DNA of 64,000 nt from the NCBI GenBank assembly GCA_026770705.1, contig JANJGN010000006.1:35092001-35156000 (forward strand), in the 5' to 3' direction. This document shows positions 50,446 to 61,829 of this stretch, piece by piece. The first letter of the stretch is position 1. The number at the start of each line of letters is the position of its first letter. Under the pieces are notes generated by a model. That model saw only the letters and a list, made by a program, of their open reading frames with translations, did no database searches and had not been told where the DNA came from. The position numbers were made by a program, and so were the translations under genes. This DNA is from Isurus oxyrinchus (Eukaryota).

Positions 50446-51799
50446 CTTTTCTTCTCCGCCGATGCTGCCAGACCTGCTGAGTTTTTCCAGGTAATTCTGT
50501 TTTTGTTTTGGATTTCCAGCATCCGCAGTTTTGTTTTGTCTTTATCTCAGTGACATCCATTTGTCAGATGATTGGGCCTGAGAACAACTCCAACTGTGTG
50601 AGTGGACACCCCATACCAATGGCTTCGAAGGTCACAGTGGCTCTCAACTTCTATGCCTCCGGCTCTTTCCAGGGCTTAGTGAGGGGTCTGTGTGGAGTCT
50701 CCCAATCAGCTGTCCACAGTTGCGTCAAGCTGGTGACAGAAGCTCTGTTCAGGCAGGTATTCACTTTCATTCATTTTATACAGACGAGGTCAGCCAGGCG
50801 GAGTGAGCCAGAGGCTTTGCAGCAATTGCTGAGTTCCCCTGTGTCCAGGGTGCAATCATCTGCACACATGTGGCCATCAAGGCGCCAGCGGGTGAGTCCG
50901 GTGCCTTCATCAACAGGAAGGGCTTCCACTCCATGAACTTGCAGATAGGATGCAGATTCTGCAGTCTGTGTAAGGTACCCTGGTAGCTCCCATGACATGT
51001 ACATCCTGAGAAACTCCCAGGTGCTGAAGATCTTCAGTGCTGCAGCCTGACTGGATAGATAGCTGCTGGGTGACAAGGGCTATCTATCGAAAAGGTGGCT
51101 TATAATGCCTCTCTGCCACTCAAGAACAGAGGCAGAGCAGCGGTATAACCAGCAGCCATGCCTCCACAAGGGTGGTGATAGGTCTTCTGAAGACTCGCTT
51201 CCGATGCCTGGACCGTTCAGGGCTAGCACTACAATAGCCACCAGAGTGGGTGTCCCTGATAGTGGTTGCATGCTGCACTCTCCACAATCTGGCACTGGCA
51301 AGTCGGGTACCCACTGGAGCAAGAGGGTCTTGACGCACCTCCATAGGCCACAGACGATGAACTCAGTCGTGATTCAGAAGAGGAGCACGGTAAGGAGAAT
51401 GCTGAGGGCTTGGAGACAGACCTTTGTAACCTCCAGGGAGGCAGGGGCACCAGGGACACCTTGGTCCAACACTCCTTCAGATAGGCTGCCAAATAATTGC
51501 TACCACCTCATAAGGGTTGCCGCCTCCATCCTGGATGTCTGCAATGACCCTTTTCTTTGACCCCAAAGTCCACTCAGTGCCTGTGCACTAAAGTTTTGAG
51601 CCACCCATGTCCAGCATCACATTCTGGTGCACCCTGCAACACATTAAATAAAAAAAGTGATAATACTCAGGCCATTACAAGAAAAGAAAATTTATCTCAT
51701 GTTGACAGTCAAAACAAATTAACAGAAGCTTCTATGGTCTTCAACTCCAGATCAGAAAACAGAAATAAAACATTGCACAACATCCCTCTTGTGCTCATG

Positions 51800-52700
51800 G
51801 TGCCTTAAATTTAAATTTGTGTGTGCTATATCTTTGTTCTTCCCCCTCACTGGCACCGGCATTGGAGACAGCCTGCTAACTTTGGGGTCTTGTTGGCTTT
51901 GATGATCTTGGTGGTTGTCCTCTGGTTAGTGGAGCCTGTGCTGGCCCCGCCTGGGAGGGAGCGGCCAGTGCCATGGCTGGCATCTTCCCAGTCATCGCAG
52001 CCTCATCAGATGCCATGGTCACTGGCAGAGGTGGGGAGGAGCTGCTGCCATCATGCAGAGTGCCCTGACAGGAGCCCACAGAGATGACAGGCAGCTCATG
52101 TGCCAAGGTGAGGTCGCTCTGGACCTCCCTGCTCACATCGATGGATGGGCGCCTAGCTGGGATACTGGGTGCATCATCCATCTCCCACACAGACACTGGC
52201 CACCTGAGCTCAGTGCCTATGTTAGGGCTTGCAGGTCTGAGTGCGACCCCAAGAACTCCTGATTCTGTTCTTGGGGCTGCCTCTCCATGAGAGTCGCCAT
52301 TCTCTCAATGGAGGAGGCAGCGGGCTCAGCCATGATGGTCAACGTAGTGCTGATGCTCCGCATGGACTCCTCCATTATGGAGACCATACCCTCATGGATC
52401 TCTGCCACATGCTCTTGCTCACCCCACTGGACATCCAGCATCTGCCACCTAATGGATGACTCCAGAGGCTCATCAGCTGTCCTCGACTAAGCATTGTCCT
52501 GGTCTCCATCAGTCCTCCAACTGCTGGCGCCCTGGGTACTCTCTGCCTCCGTCTGCACCAAAAGCGGGTGTAAAGTGCCCTCAGCCACCATCTCCAGGTG
52601 GGCCATGAAGCACTCATCAGGAAACTGGGGTGGCAGGGGTGGGGGTGGTGCTGAGTGCCCACCTGACCTGCCACCATCTGCAGCTGCGTCTGAATCCATA
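51800..52700 (-). pseudogene. H4 Myb-partner gene, last-exon remnant
   Basis: WRTDGDQDNA...MLDVQWGEQEHVAEIHEGMV...AAPSQAGPAQAP, homologous to H6 60000-60748(+). Confidence 0.7.
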
Positions 52701-52967
52701 ACTTATAATCTCCTGTTGACAATGCCAACGACAACACTGGCAGCCTTCTAGGGCCTGACTGTGCCGGTTTTAAACCAGCCGCTGGATTGCCATTGGTTTC
52801 GACGGCTGACAGGCCCCCTCCCCCACCTCCCCTTCCAGACCATTGGGAAGCCGCCAGCTTGAAATTGTGGTTGGGGGACCAATCGCGGCTGCTCCCAGGC
52901 CCACCAATTGCACTTGCCCGCTAAACTCAAAATTCTGCCCCACGGATCTGAAAATGGAAATGCTAAC

Positions 52968-53060
52968 TTAGTTCTGAAGAATAGTTATACTGAATTGTTA
53001 ACCCGTCTTTTCTCTTTACAGATGGTGAAAGGCCTAATGTGTATTTCCAGTATTTTCTCT
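52968..53060 (+). mobile_element. Old copy of the hammerhead-motif family
   Basis: AGTTCTGAAGAATAGTTATACTGAATTGTTAACC...TTTCTCTTTACAGATG...TATTTCCAG; core CTGAAGA. Confidence 0.5.
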
Positions 53061-53147
53061 ATCTATTTCTACCAATTACAATTTGATTTTTCTTATTGAA
53101 TTGAAATAGCTGACCTATCTGCATTCAGAAGATACTGAAAAATGTAT

Positions 53148-53935
53148 GTCATAGAATCATAGAATAGATACAGCACAGAATAAGGCCATTCAGCCTGTTG
53201 TGCCTGTGTTGGCCCTCTGAAGAAGCAATTCACCTACTGCCATTCCCCTTCTTTACCCGTAGCCCTGCACATTCTTTCTTTTCAGATAATAATCCAACTC
53301 CCTCTTGAATGCCTTGAATGAACATGCCTCCACTCTCAGACAGTACATTCCAGATCTTAAACACACAGTGTGAAAAAGTTTTTCCACATGTTGCTATTGC
53401 TCCTTATGCTAATTACTTTAAATCTGTGCCCCCTGGTTCTTGATCTTTGCACCAATGGGAACAGTTTTTCCCTATCTACGCTGTCCAAATCCCTCAGGAT
53501 TTGGAATACCTCTATCAAATCTCCTCGCAGCCTCCACTTCTCCAAGGAAACCAGTTCTAACTTCTCCAATCTATCTACGCAACTGAAGTTCCTCATCCAG
53601 GTAACCATTCCCATGAATCTTTTCTGCACCCTCTCTAATGCATCCACATCCTTCCTAAAGTGTGGTGCCCAGAACTGAATGCAAAATTCCAGTTGAGGCT
53701 GAACCAGTGTTTCATACAAGTTTAACATAACTTGCTTGTTTTTGTACTCTTATGCCCCTGTTGATAAAGTCTAGGATGCTGTATGCTTTATTAACTATGC
53801 TCTCAACTTGTCTACCTTCACTGATTTCTGCACATATACACCCAGGTCCCTCTGCTCCTGCGTTCCCTTTAGAATTGTACGCTTCATTTTATATTGTCTC
53901 AATGTTCTTTCTACCAAAATGAATCACTTCACACT
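53148..53935 (-). mobile_element. CR1-clade LINE 3' fragment
   Basis: ORF 53357-53728(-): LYETLVQPQLEFCIQFWAPHFRKDVDALERVQKRF...RLRGDLIEVF...TRGHRFK. CATAGAATCATAGAAT tail. Confidence 0.9.
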
Positions 53936-54270
53936 TGTCTATAATTGCAGCTTGTTCAATATTTCTGAAAAAAGGCAGAAAACCACTTTGTTAAGTTGAA
54001 TAGAACAAATAATACCTTGCTCTGAGTATGCACAGCTTCTGAGAAAAAGCTCATTTTTATACTCAGATTTCAAAACAAAAGCAATATAAAGTGTTCACTG
54101 TTCCTTGTCAGAAAGTAATACAAAACTCACGTTTAAACTTGGGTGACTCAGCAAAAAGGAACCAACGTCAAAGTTTTGTGAGTTTTTGACTTGGGGAAGC
54201 TCACTTTTCAGCAGTGAAATGGGGACCTGGAGCTAAGCCAATTTTTTGCTATTGAGCAGGAAGGGAGAAT

Positions 54271-54381
54271 GAAACGTCAACTCTTTTCTTCTCCGCCGAT
54301 GCTGCCAGACCTGCTGAGTTTTTCCAGGTAATTCTGTTTTTGTTTTGGATTTCCAGCATCCGCAGTTTTGTTTTGTTTTTA
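54271..54381 (+). mobile_element. Young 5'-truncated copy of the hammerhead-motif family
   Basis: Near-identical to 50434-50545, starting at GAAACGTC. No clear TSD. Confidence 0.85.
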
Positions 54382-54559
54382 TTACAGCAGTTCAGCTGGT
54401 TTGGATTTGAAAGGAGACTTGGGCACTCTACTTTGTTGCCTGCAGCTTCACAAATTTCTCCTGGGACTGTACCACAAGGAATAGGGCTGCCCCATTACTG
54501 CTTTATCCAGATCATTTTGTAGTTTATTTCAGATTATACATCATTTGGTCATGACTAGT

Positions 54560-54765
54560 GACAGGTTGATCATTTGTGCCAAGCAGAGCCTTGCTATTAG
54601 CTAAGCAGCCTGTATGGTCCAGCCTATTAACTGGCCATTAAATAACTGCAGGGTAGCTGGTGTTTCCCTGGACGGTCTTGCCCCCCCGGACCTTTCAGTC
54701 CAAAGGGTTGGAGGGCGGTGGGTGGAGGCTGCACAGGGAATACAGCACACAGTATAATTCAGCCC
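54560..54765. mobile_element. MITE right-end fragment
   Basis: Ends TATAATTCAGCCC and has a TTAACTGGCCATTAA subterminal motif. Confidence 0.4.
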
Positions 54766-55371
54766 AATGTTTCTGATCATGGCCTTTTATCAGAACTGGG
54801 AAATATTAGAAATGTAATAGCTTTTATATAGGTGAAATGGGGGATGATGGAAGAAAACAAAGGGGAAGGTCTGTGATAGGGTTTACATTACATGCTTTTA
54901 TTACTAACCTGTAATTTTCTAAATGTCAATGAATCTTTTCCCTGCTGTAAGTTTAGTACTAGCAGCTTCCTCACTGACTACCCTTTATTTCTTTTGATGA
55001 TGCATATTTTGCACAGGTCACAATTACTGTGATAACTATCTTGTTTGAGCCTGAATTGTCAAGTTCTCCATGGAATTAAAATGCAACAGTCAAGTGGGAC
55101 TTTTCTTTAATGGCTGAGACAAGGGGTGGGATATTCCTCTCATTGCACTAAGTGTGGGGGTGGGTGTGAAAAACAATGCAGTTGCAATGGTGGGATTTTG
55201 CGCCGTATCGTCATGTGCACACGGGTGGGTTGCATCTGATTGTCCCCCCACCCCCTACTCCTCACCACCCCACCATCACCTCACAGCTTCCTCACTCTGG
55301 GCTCCATATTTAAAGTGCAGCCATGTACAGCTTTCTCAATGTTGGCAGCCAAGTGCTGCTCCACTGAAGAC

Positions 55372-57120
55372 ATGGTCCTGAAACCCAAGAAGACAGTAGC
55401 CCCCAAATTTAGGGACCCCTCACTGGAGTGCCTGCTGGATGCAGTCATGGCCTGCTGTCATGTCCTCTACCCCCACTCTTGCTGCAGGAGGTCCAGAAAG
55501 GTGACCAGTCTGGCTTGGGAGGCAACGGCAGTGGTGGTCAGTGCCAATGTGGTCCAAAGGAGGTTAGCCACCCAGAGCAGGAAGAGGATGAATATCTCAT
55601 CCATTCTGCCAGGGTAAGTCAACCATCCCATTACTCTCAACTCAAACACTCACAAGCCCATTACACATTCACTGGTATCTCATTCACTGCCAGCTCAAGG
55701 AACATCACCACTCATTCTTTCGCACACACCCTCACATCTCCACTTGGGCTCATCTACTCTGGAGATCTCGTCCTCATCCCATCCATGGTTCCCCTCACTG
55801 CCCACACATGACAGGCATTCTTACCATCTGCCTTGGCATGCATCTTGCTCACACTCTCTCCATCTGTCCTTATGCAGGACATGCTCGCACATAATTAAAG
55901 GGAGAGGTCCCAGACCGGGGGTGGCGTGCTGACATCAAAGTCCTCACAGAGTTCGAGAATTGAGTCATCAAGTTGGATGGAGAGGACATCGGCTGGGCCT
56001 GCATGAGGATGAAGTTGGTGGCACACACACAAGTGAGGATCCTGCAACAGCCCATACCTCAGACAATCACACTGTGAGTACTTTGGCTTGTTTTAGAGTC
56101 ACCTGCCATGCACTAATTATCTCTCCTTTTTCTCATAGGCACCTCTGGAAAGCATCCAACAGCATCCACAAGCCAGTCCCTCATCTCCAGCCCCAAGGAC
56201 TCCTCAGATGAGGAACCAGAGGACAACACCATTAAACACCTATCACAGCACTCACCCACAACCTCTACCAGCACAGAGACACACACCTCGGTGGGGCTGA
56301 GTTCTAGAGCAGGCTCAGGCTCATTATCTGGTGAGTACAGCACACAATCTGGTCTGCAGAAAGTGGAGGCAGAGGCGTCCGGTCGCCAGCACTTGGAAGA
56401 CTGCTGGAGGCCATGATTCTGCTGAGTCTCAGTCACATGACAAGCCATAGGGCTTGGTCCTAAATCAGTTGCTGGAGCTGCAGCGACAGTCATGAATATA
56501 ACTGGAAGGGATGTCAGCTGCATTACTCAGATTGCAACGTATGATGGAGGAGCCCATCTGCCTTCAGCCTGAGGTGATAGTGCCAGCATGCCAACGCACT
56601 GAGGTCAATGCTGACAGGTCGCAGGCTGCCGTGGAGACCTTGGTCCAAGACATCACTGCTGCAAGAACAGCACTTCATCACTGTAGCCCATGGTGGCATC
56701 CAGCAGTGGCTACATGAGGTGGGGGTGGGGTGGGGGTGGTGGCTCCTGCACCTCACTCCAGCTGCCCATTCTCCTCAAGGAATCAGTAGGGGGCCCTCAG
56801 GCACCTATTGGGAGGAGGACCAGCAGCTGCACACTCCGCGGCCATCCAACAAGGTAATTCGGGGACTCTCTGGCTGATCTAAATCCCCTCTACCTGTGAC
56901 CCCATCATCTCCAGCTCCACAGGCCGAGGAGGGTGTACCTGCCCCACACAGGACACTTGAAGCAGGCCGGAGCCTCCTGATCCTGGCCCTCCAGAGGATA
57001 CCTGCCAAAGTCATCACAAGCAACAGGGCGCAGCATTCAGCAGGCTGCCTCCACCTCCACTGTGGATGTCAGGGAAGAACCATCATGTAGTGGTAGAGCT
57101 AGGAATGTTAAAAAGATTTG
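55372..57120 (+). pseudogene. Harbinger Myb/SANT-partner gene, three exons (55372-55613, 55878-56073, 56139 to about 57120)
   Basis: MVLKPKKTVAPKFRDPSLECLLDAV...AWEATAVVVSAN...TQSRKRMN. GTAAGT donor at 55614, AG 55877, GTGAGT 56074, CACTAAT branch point plus AG 56138. Frameshifts and stops. Confidence 0.8.
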
Positions 57121-57336
57121 GGAGCACACCGGTGGCACAAGTGTTCACCACATGCATGCAATTTACACAAATGTAAATAGGATCACGGTTGATTTAGACA
57201 ATGTGGAGGGGAACAGTGGGAAAGGAGCGAGGATGTACTGAAGCTGAAGTGTGCTCTTTATTTGCAATGATGCATGCCCTTGAGGGCTTCATGGCGTGAG
57301 TGCATTGTGGACTTGACAAGGGCCAGGGCTAGCCAT

Positions 57337-57601
57337 GAGGGAAATTTCTTCGCTCAGAGGGTGGTCAACCTGTGGAATTCTCTGCCACAGAAGGCGGTGG
57401 AGGACAGGTCACTGAGTATATTCAAGAAAGATCATATATTGATAACTTTTTTGATATTGGGGGCATCAAGGGGTATGGAGAGAAAGCGGGAAAATGGCAT
57501 TGAGATAGAGGATCAGCTATGATCATGTTGAATGGTGGAGCAGGCTCGAAGGGCCGAAAGACTTACTCCTGCTCCTAGTTTCTATGTTTCTATGTTTCTA
57601 A
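57337..57601 (+). mobile_element. CR1 3' end inserted in H5
   Basis: NFFAQRVVNLWNSLPQKAVE...SLSIFK; (TTTCTATG)n tail. Confidence 0.9.
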
Positions 57602-58199
57602 TGTTTGTGTTAAAGAGGAGCCATTTTAATAACGGACATGTGTTTGATGTCGCCATGCTCATATGATCCACATCCATATCAAGCAGAGGATAAATGCAGC
57701 CCAGGATCTCTAACTGAGAGTGCCAGATGTCAATGTGATTTGGAAGATTGCACCACAGATGACTGAGCCATCAATAAATGGATTCACAGGAGCAGAATGT
57801 CATTGGCTGCCTCGTCCCAAGTGTCCCAATTGATGTCACACAGAGTGTGTATTCCATTCCTTCAGATGGATCTCCTTGAGGAACCTCGTCACATTGACAG
57901 CATACAGCTACAAGACCACTGAGGATCATGCAACAGCTCCAGGCTCTTCTAGGCCCACTGTTGTGACTGTGATGCTGGAGAATTGCTTGAAAAGACAGCG
58001 CCTTCTGATGTCTGATGCCAGGATGTCCTCCTTCGGTTAGCACCTCATCTCAGCAAGGACACATGCTGCCGAGGGTTCATCATTCTTCAAAGGATCAGGA
58101 CAATGTAAGCCTGATGTTTAACTATTTACTCTCAGATTGAAGTGCATGGGTAAAATGAGAGGAATTGAAATACTAGTGCTCATGTTCTCCCATATTTTG

Positions 58200-58700
58200 T
58201 CCAAGAAGGTACTCAGTACAGCTCGTCATCCTCCTGGTGGAATCTAGCGGCTATTGGGGCCTCATGAGCATGCCTGCCTCACTTATCCTGTGCTATGGCT
58301 TCTTACCTTGCAGCCTCGCTTCCTCAAACACATCACTCTCCTTCCCTTCGAGGTCCTCCTCATCAGAGAGAAGACGTGCAGCTCCTCCATCTCATCATCT
58401 GGCTAGCCCCCCCACTTTGCAGCGCCAGAGTGTGCATCACACAAAAAAGCCACGATGATCCATGAGATCCTCTGAGCAGTGTACTGGAGTGCTCCGCCAG
58501 ATCTATCCAGTCATTGGAATCGCATCTTTAGGATCCCTATGGTGTGCTCCATTAATGCTTAGCTAGAGGCGTGAGCCTCATTGTACCTTCTTTCTGCAGG
58601 AGTCTGAGGCTTCCGAACGGGCATCATCAGCCACATCCTTTGTGGGTACCCTTTGTCACTGAACAGCCAGCCCTGGGTCCTGTGTCATTCCTCGGAGATG
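58200..58700 (-). pseudogene. H5 transposase C-terminal remnant
   Basis: Minus strand QGWLFSDKGYPQRMWLMMP and RYNEAHAS. Confidence 0.8.
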
Positions 58701-58730
58701 ATCGGGATCTGCGATCTACTCAAGGTGTAT

Positions 58731-60975
58731 GGGCAGAATTTTGCCCTCGTCAGGCAGGCTCGGTGGGGGTGAGTGGAAGCAGCTGCAAAACGGACTACTG
58801 CCCGCAATCGGGCTACCACCGCGATTTCATGCTGGCGGGCCAATTAAGGACCGCCGAACGTGAACGCTGGCTGCAGAATGTTCTAGAAGGGGCAGGGGCC
58901 TGTCAGCTGCCGGTGACCCCAACAGTTCAAAAACAGAGCAGGCAGCCTCAGGATGCTGCCCATGTCGGAGTTTCTGCAAGGGCATAGCTGCAAATGCAGA
59001 TGTAGACGCCAGGCAGAAGGTGAAGTCAGCTGGGCACTCGGCCCCCATTTTTTGGATGGGTGCTTTGTCATCCTCCTGAAGGAGGTAGCTGCCAGGAGTA
59101 CATCCTTGTCCCAGAGATAGGAAGAGGAGGCCACCTCACCTCACAGAGAGGGCATGAGAGGAGGTGGCAGCCCAGGTAAGCAGCCACGACATGGTGTGAC
59201 ACACCTGGGTGCAGTGCCGCAAGGGGTTTAATGATCTGTTGTGCTCAGGAAGGGTGAGCACCATGTTGGCATGGGTCAGCGTGTTAAAGCGTTAAGGGCT
59301 GGCCTTCCCCTCCATGGAGCTCAGATGTGTTAGAGTCTGGGTGCCAACTGTCAATGACGCTGGAGCTGGCCGAGGGGGTGAGACCTGACTGCTTGGACTG
59401 AACACATTGCGGCTTGCGGGCCATGACTCAGATGTGCCCTGCAAAGTGTCCTTCAGGTGGGGTTGGCCAGGCTGCAATGGTGCTGCAGGGAGAGAGTGGA
59501 CTAATAATGCTCCTCTGTCCTTTTAGGAGAAGACAACCCACAACAGTATTGAGGAGCTGCGGACTGGCGGAAGACCCCCACACTTCCTCTTCCTCTTAGA
59601 AATGAGCAAGGTGCCTTGGAGCTCGAGAGGCGCCATGTGCCTGGGTCAACCAGCTGCAGATAGGCTGGGGTGTCAGACGAAGGTAAGAGTGCAGTGCACT
59701 GAGTTGAGAATTTCGAATGGTGCAAACAATCTTGATGGGAGCCTTCAGATTGGATTCCTCATTGATTATTGAAAGATGATAGCACCATGATGCAGATCTC
59801 CATTGTCTCACCAAGGTGTCTGGCATGCACAGTGACAGTATGATGAATTTAACAAATGACATGTTCTTGTTCTCCCTTGGATCTGCCACCAAGCAGCCAA
59901 TCTCAGGACCTCCAGGAGTGACCCCTGGCACCGGAGGACCACCAGGACCCAGAAGCAGCTGCGTCACTCCCACCCTCTGAAATAGGCTTCAGTGCAGATA
60001 CCAGCACCTCAGTGGCTAGTATCTCGGTGCACATTGGTAAGTGTACTTCACACTCGCTTGAGATGCAGGCTGAGGCAATGAGTGCCCAGGGCACCAGCAA
60101 TTGGAGGACTGCTGGAGACCAGGACAATGCTGAGTTGAAGGCTGATGATGAGCCTCTGGAGTCGTCCATTTGCTGGCAGATGCTGGATGTCCAGTGGGGA
60201 GGGCAGGAGGATGTGGCGGAGATCCATGAGGGTATGTGTGCCATGGCCTCTGTTGCCTCCTCTCATAGAGAGGCTGCTCCAGGAATAGAATCAGGGGTTC
60301 CTGGGGTTGCGCTCGGACTTGCAAGCCCTCACACAGGCAATGACCTCAGGTGGTCAGTGCCAGTGTGGGAAATGGATGAGGCACCCACCATCCCATCTAA
60401 CTGCCCATCCATCAATGGTGAGCAGGGAGGTCCAGAGCGAACTCACATAGGTGCAAGAACTGCTTGTCATCTCTGTGGGCTCCTCTCAGGATGAAGGCAG
60501 CAGCTCCTCCACCCCTCTGCCAATGACCCTGACATCTGATGAGGCTGCAGTGACTGGGGAGATGCCAGTTGTGGCACTGGCCACTCCCTCCCAGGCGGGG
60601 CCAGCACAGGCTCCATTGGCCAGAGGAGACTGCCCATTCATCAAGGCCAACGAGACACCAGAGTCAGCAGGCTGTCTCCAATGCCTGTGCCAGCGAGGGA
60701 GGAGAACCTAGACGTAGCACCCATAAACGTAGGTTTAAAGTGCCATGAGCACAAGAGGGACTGGTCACGGGTGATCTTTTGTTCTCCCATTTTTTTTCCT
60801 TTTTCTAATGGTGTGACCATCAACAGCTGATATTGTTCTGTTCATAACCTGTGAGTGCCAACGTTATATTACATTTACTTTTGTGTTATTGGCCTGAGTA
60901 TGCTTCATTTATTTTGTACATGCAGGGTATGCCAGTATGTAATGCTGGACATGGGTGACTCAAAGCTTTATTGCA
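58731..60975. mobile_element. Harbinger H6 (one TIR, Myb-partner gene; related to H4)
   Basis: TIR GGGCAGAATTTT at 58731. Bases 60750-60975 match the reverse complement of H4 51580-51800. Confidence 0.8.
58970..60748 (+). pseudogene. H6 Myb/SANT-partner gene remnant, three exons
   Basis: TWVQCRKGFNDLLCSGR|GTGAG (about 59250); TTTTAG|EKTTHNSIEELRTGG; C-terminus PRRSTHKRRFKVP*. Confidence 0.8.
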
Positions 60976-61829
60976 CAGTCTTTTTCTCTCTTGAGCAGAG
61001 ATGCCTGCGTAGCCCTGAATCTCCTCAAAACAACATAAAATGTCCAGACAACTACTATCATAAATTATACAGGACTGCAAGTTTCCGAGAGCTCCAACAA
61101 GAAAGATTCTCCCCACTGGGGCTTCAGCTCTGAATTGTCTTCTCTCTTTGCAGAGCAGGTTTGTCCACTTTTGTTACAGGTACCAGCAGCCCCTCATTGG
61201 TCAGACCAGCCAGCCACTCAGATGATTAGCCTGACACTTCAAGTAGATGACAGTCAGGCAACAAGAAGAGCCTTAACCTGAGGGTCCGGCACCATTTGGA
61301 GAGTTAAGACCTGAGACCATAGAGCAGACACTGCAATCTCCAGCCAGCATGGGCATGCTGGAACCGAGCAGCAGCCATCCATTGACAACAACACACCACA
61401 CAGCCAATAGCAAAGGTAAGCTTACTACCAAGTCACACCCTCACAACAGGGAGTGCCATCTTCCATCCTAGCATGTATTATGATGAGTTGCATGAAGGAA
61501 AAAGAGAAAAAAAACACTATAGAGATGAACGCAGAGTTTGTACGCCCCATAAAGAGCGGGATAAAAAAACTCAGCTGCCTAGCACTACAGTTGCGAATCG
61601 ACTAAAAGCAATTCAATGTCAAAGAATGGAAAAAGAGGACGAAAAGACACCCAGATGCCAGAGCAACCTCAAATTCAACAAAGTTTGCCTGCAGCGACAG
61701 AGCCTACCGCTTCTCTGACGCTAGTGAGAATAAGGTATGGAAGGGTTAGAAGGCTTTCAGGCCAGCTGAATCTATGAATCAGAGACTTGAGGGGGTGGGG
61801 GGAGGGGGGAGATGGGGTAGTAGTAATGA

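Larger units (their letters stand above)
50222..50547. mobile_element. Very young fold-back retro-insertion: perfect 137-bp inverted repeat plus tail, 15-bp TSD
   Basis: Arms 50222-50358 and 50369-50505 are exact reverse complements around a 10-nt spacer. TSD CAGTGACATCCATTT at 50207-50221 and 50548-50562. Confidence 0.95.
49933..51484 (+). pseudogene. Harbinger transposase, interrupted by the 50222 insertion
   Basis: RVYRWQCSYLNMSEMQ..RRLRLSRKTVTSI continues after the insert as CQMIGP...KVTVALNFYASGSFQG. Also NRKGFHSMN, YPGSSHD, LLGDKGY and ACCTLHNL. Confidence 0.9.
49428..52940 (+). mobile_element. Harbinger H4 with both TIRs (~3.5 kb, decayed)
   Basis: TIRs GGGTAGAATTTT and AAAATTCTGCCC (11/12 match); flanks CAT and CAC. 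Transposase on +, partial partner gene on -. Confidence 0.9.
55124..58700 (-). mobile_element. Harbinger H5 (opposite orientation to H3), truncated next to H6
   Basis: Starts GGGTGGGATATTCC...TGCACTAAGTG, the reverse complement of the H2/H3 right ends. Myb-partner gene on +, transposase remnant on -. Confidence 0.8.

Noticed and set aside
50222-50505. pre-miRNA or rho-independent terminator
   Set aside because: The stem is far longer than a pre-miRNA, and the TSD and dispersed family copies explain it as a mobile insertion.
55372-57120. Host NAIF1/MSANTD gene
   Set aside because: The reading frame is disrupted and it sits inside Harbinger H5.
7653-57601. LINE strand bias indicating host-gene orientation
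   Set aside because: CR1 fragments are about 7 minus versus 4 plus, too few to be meaningful.
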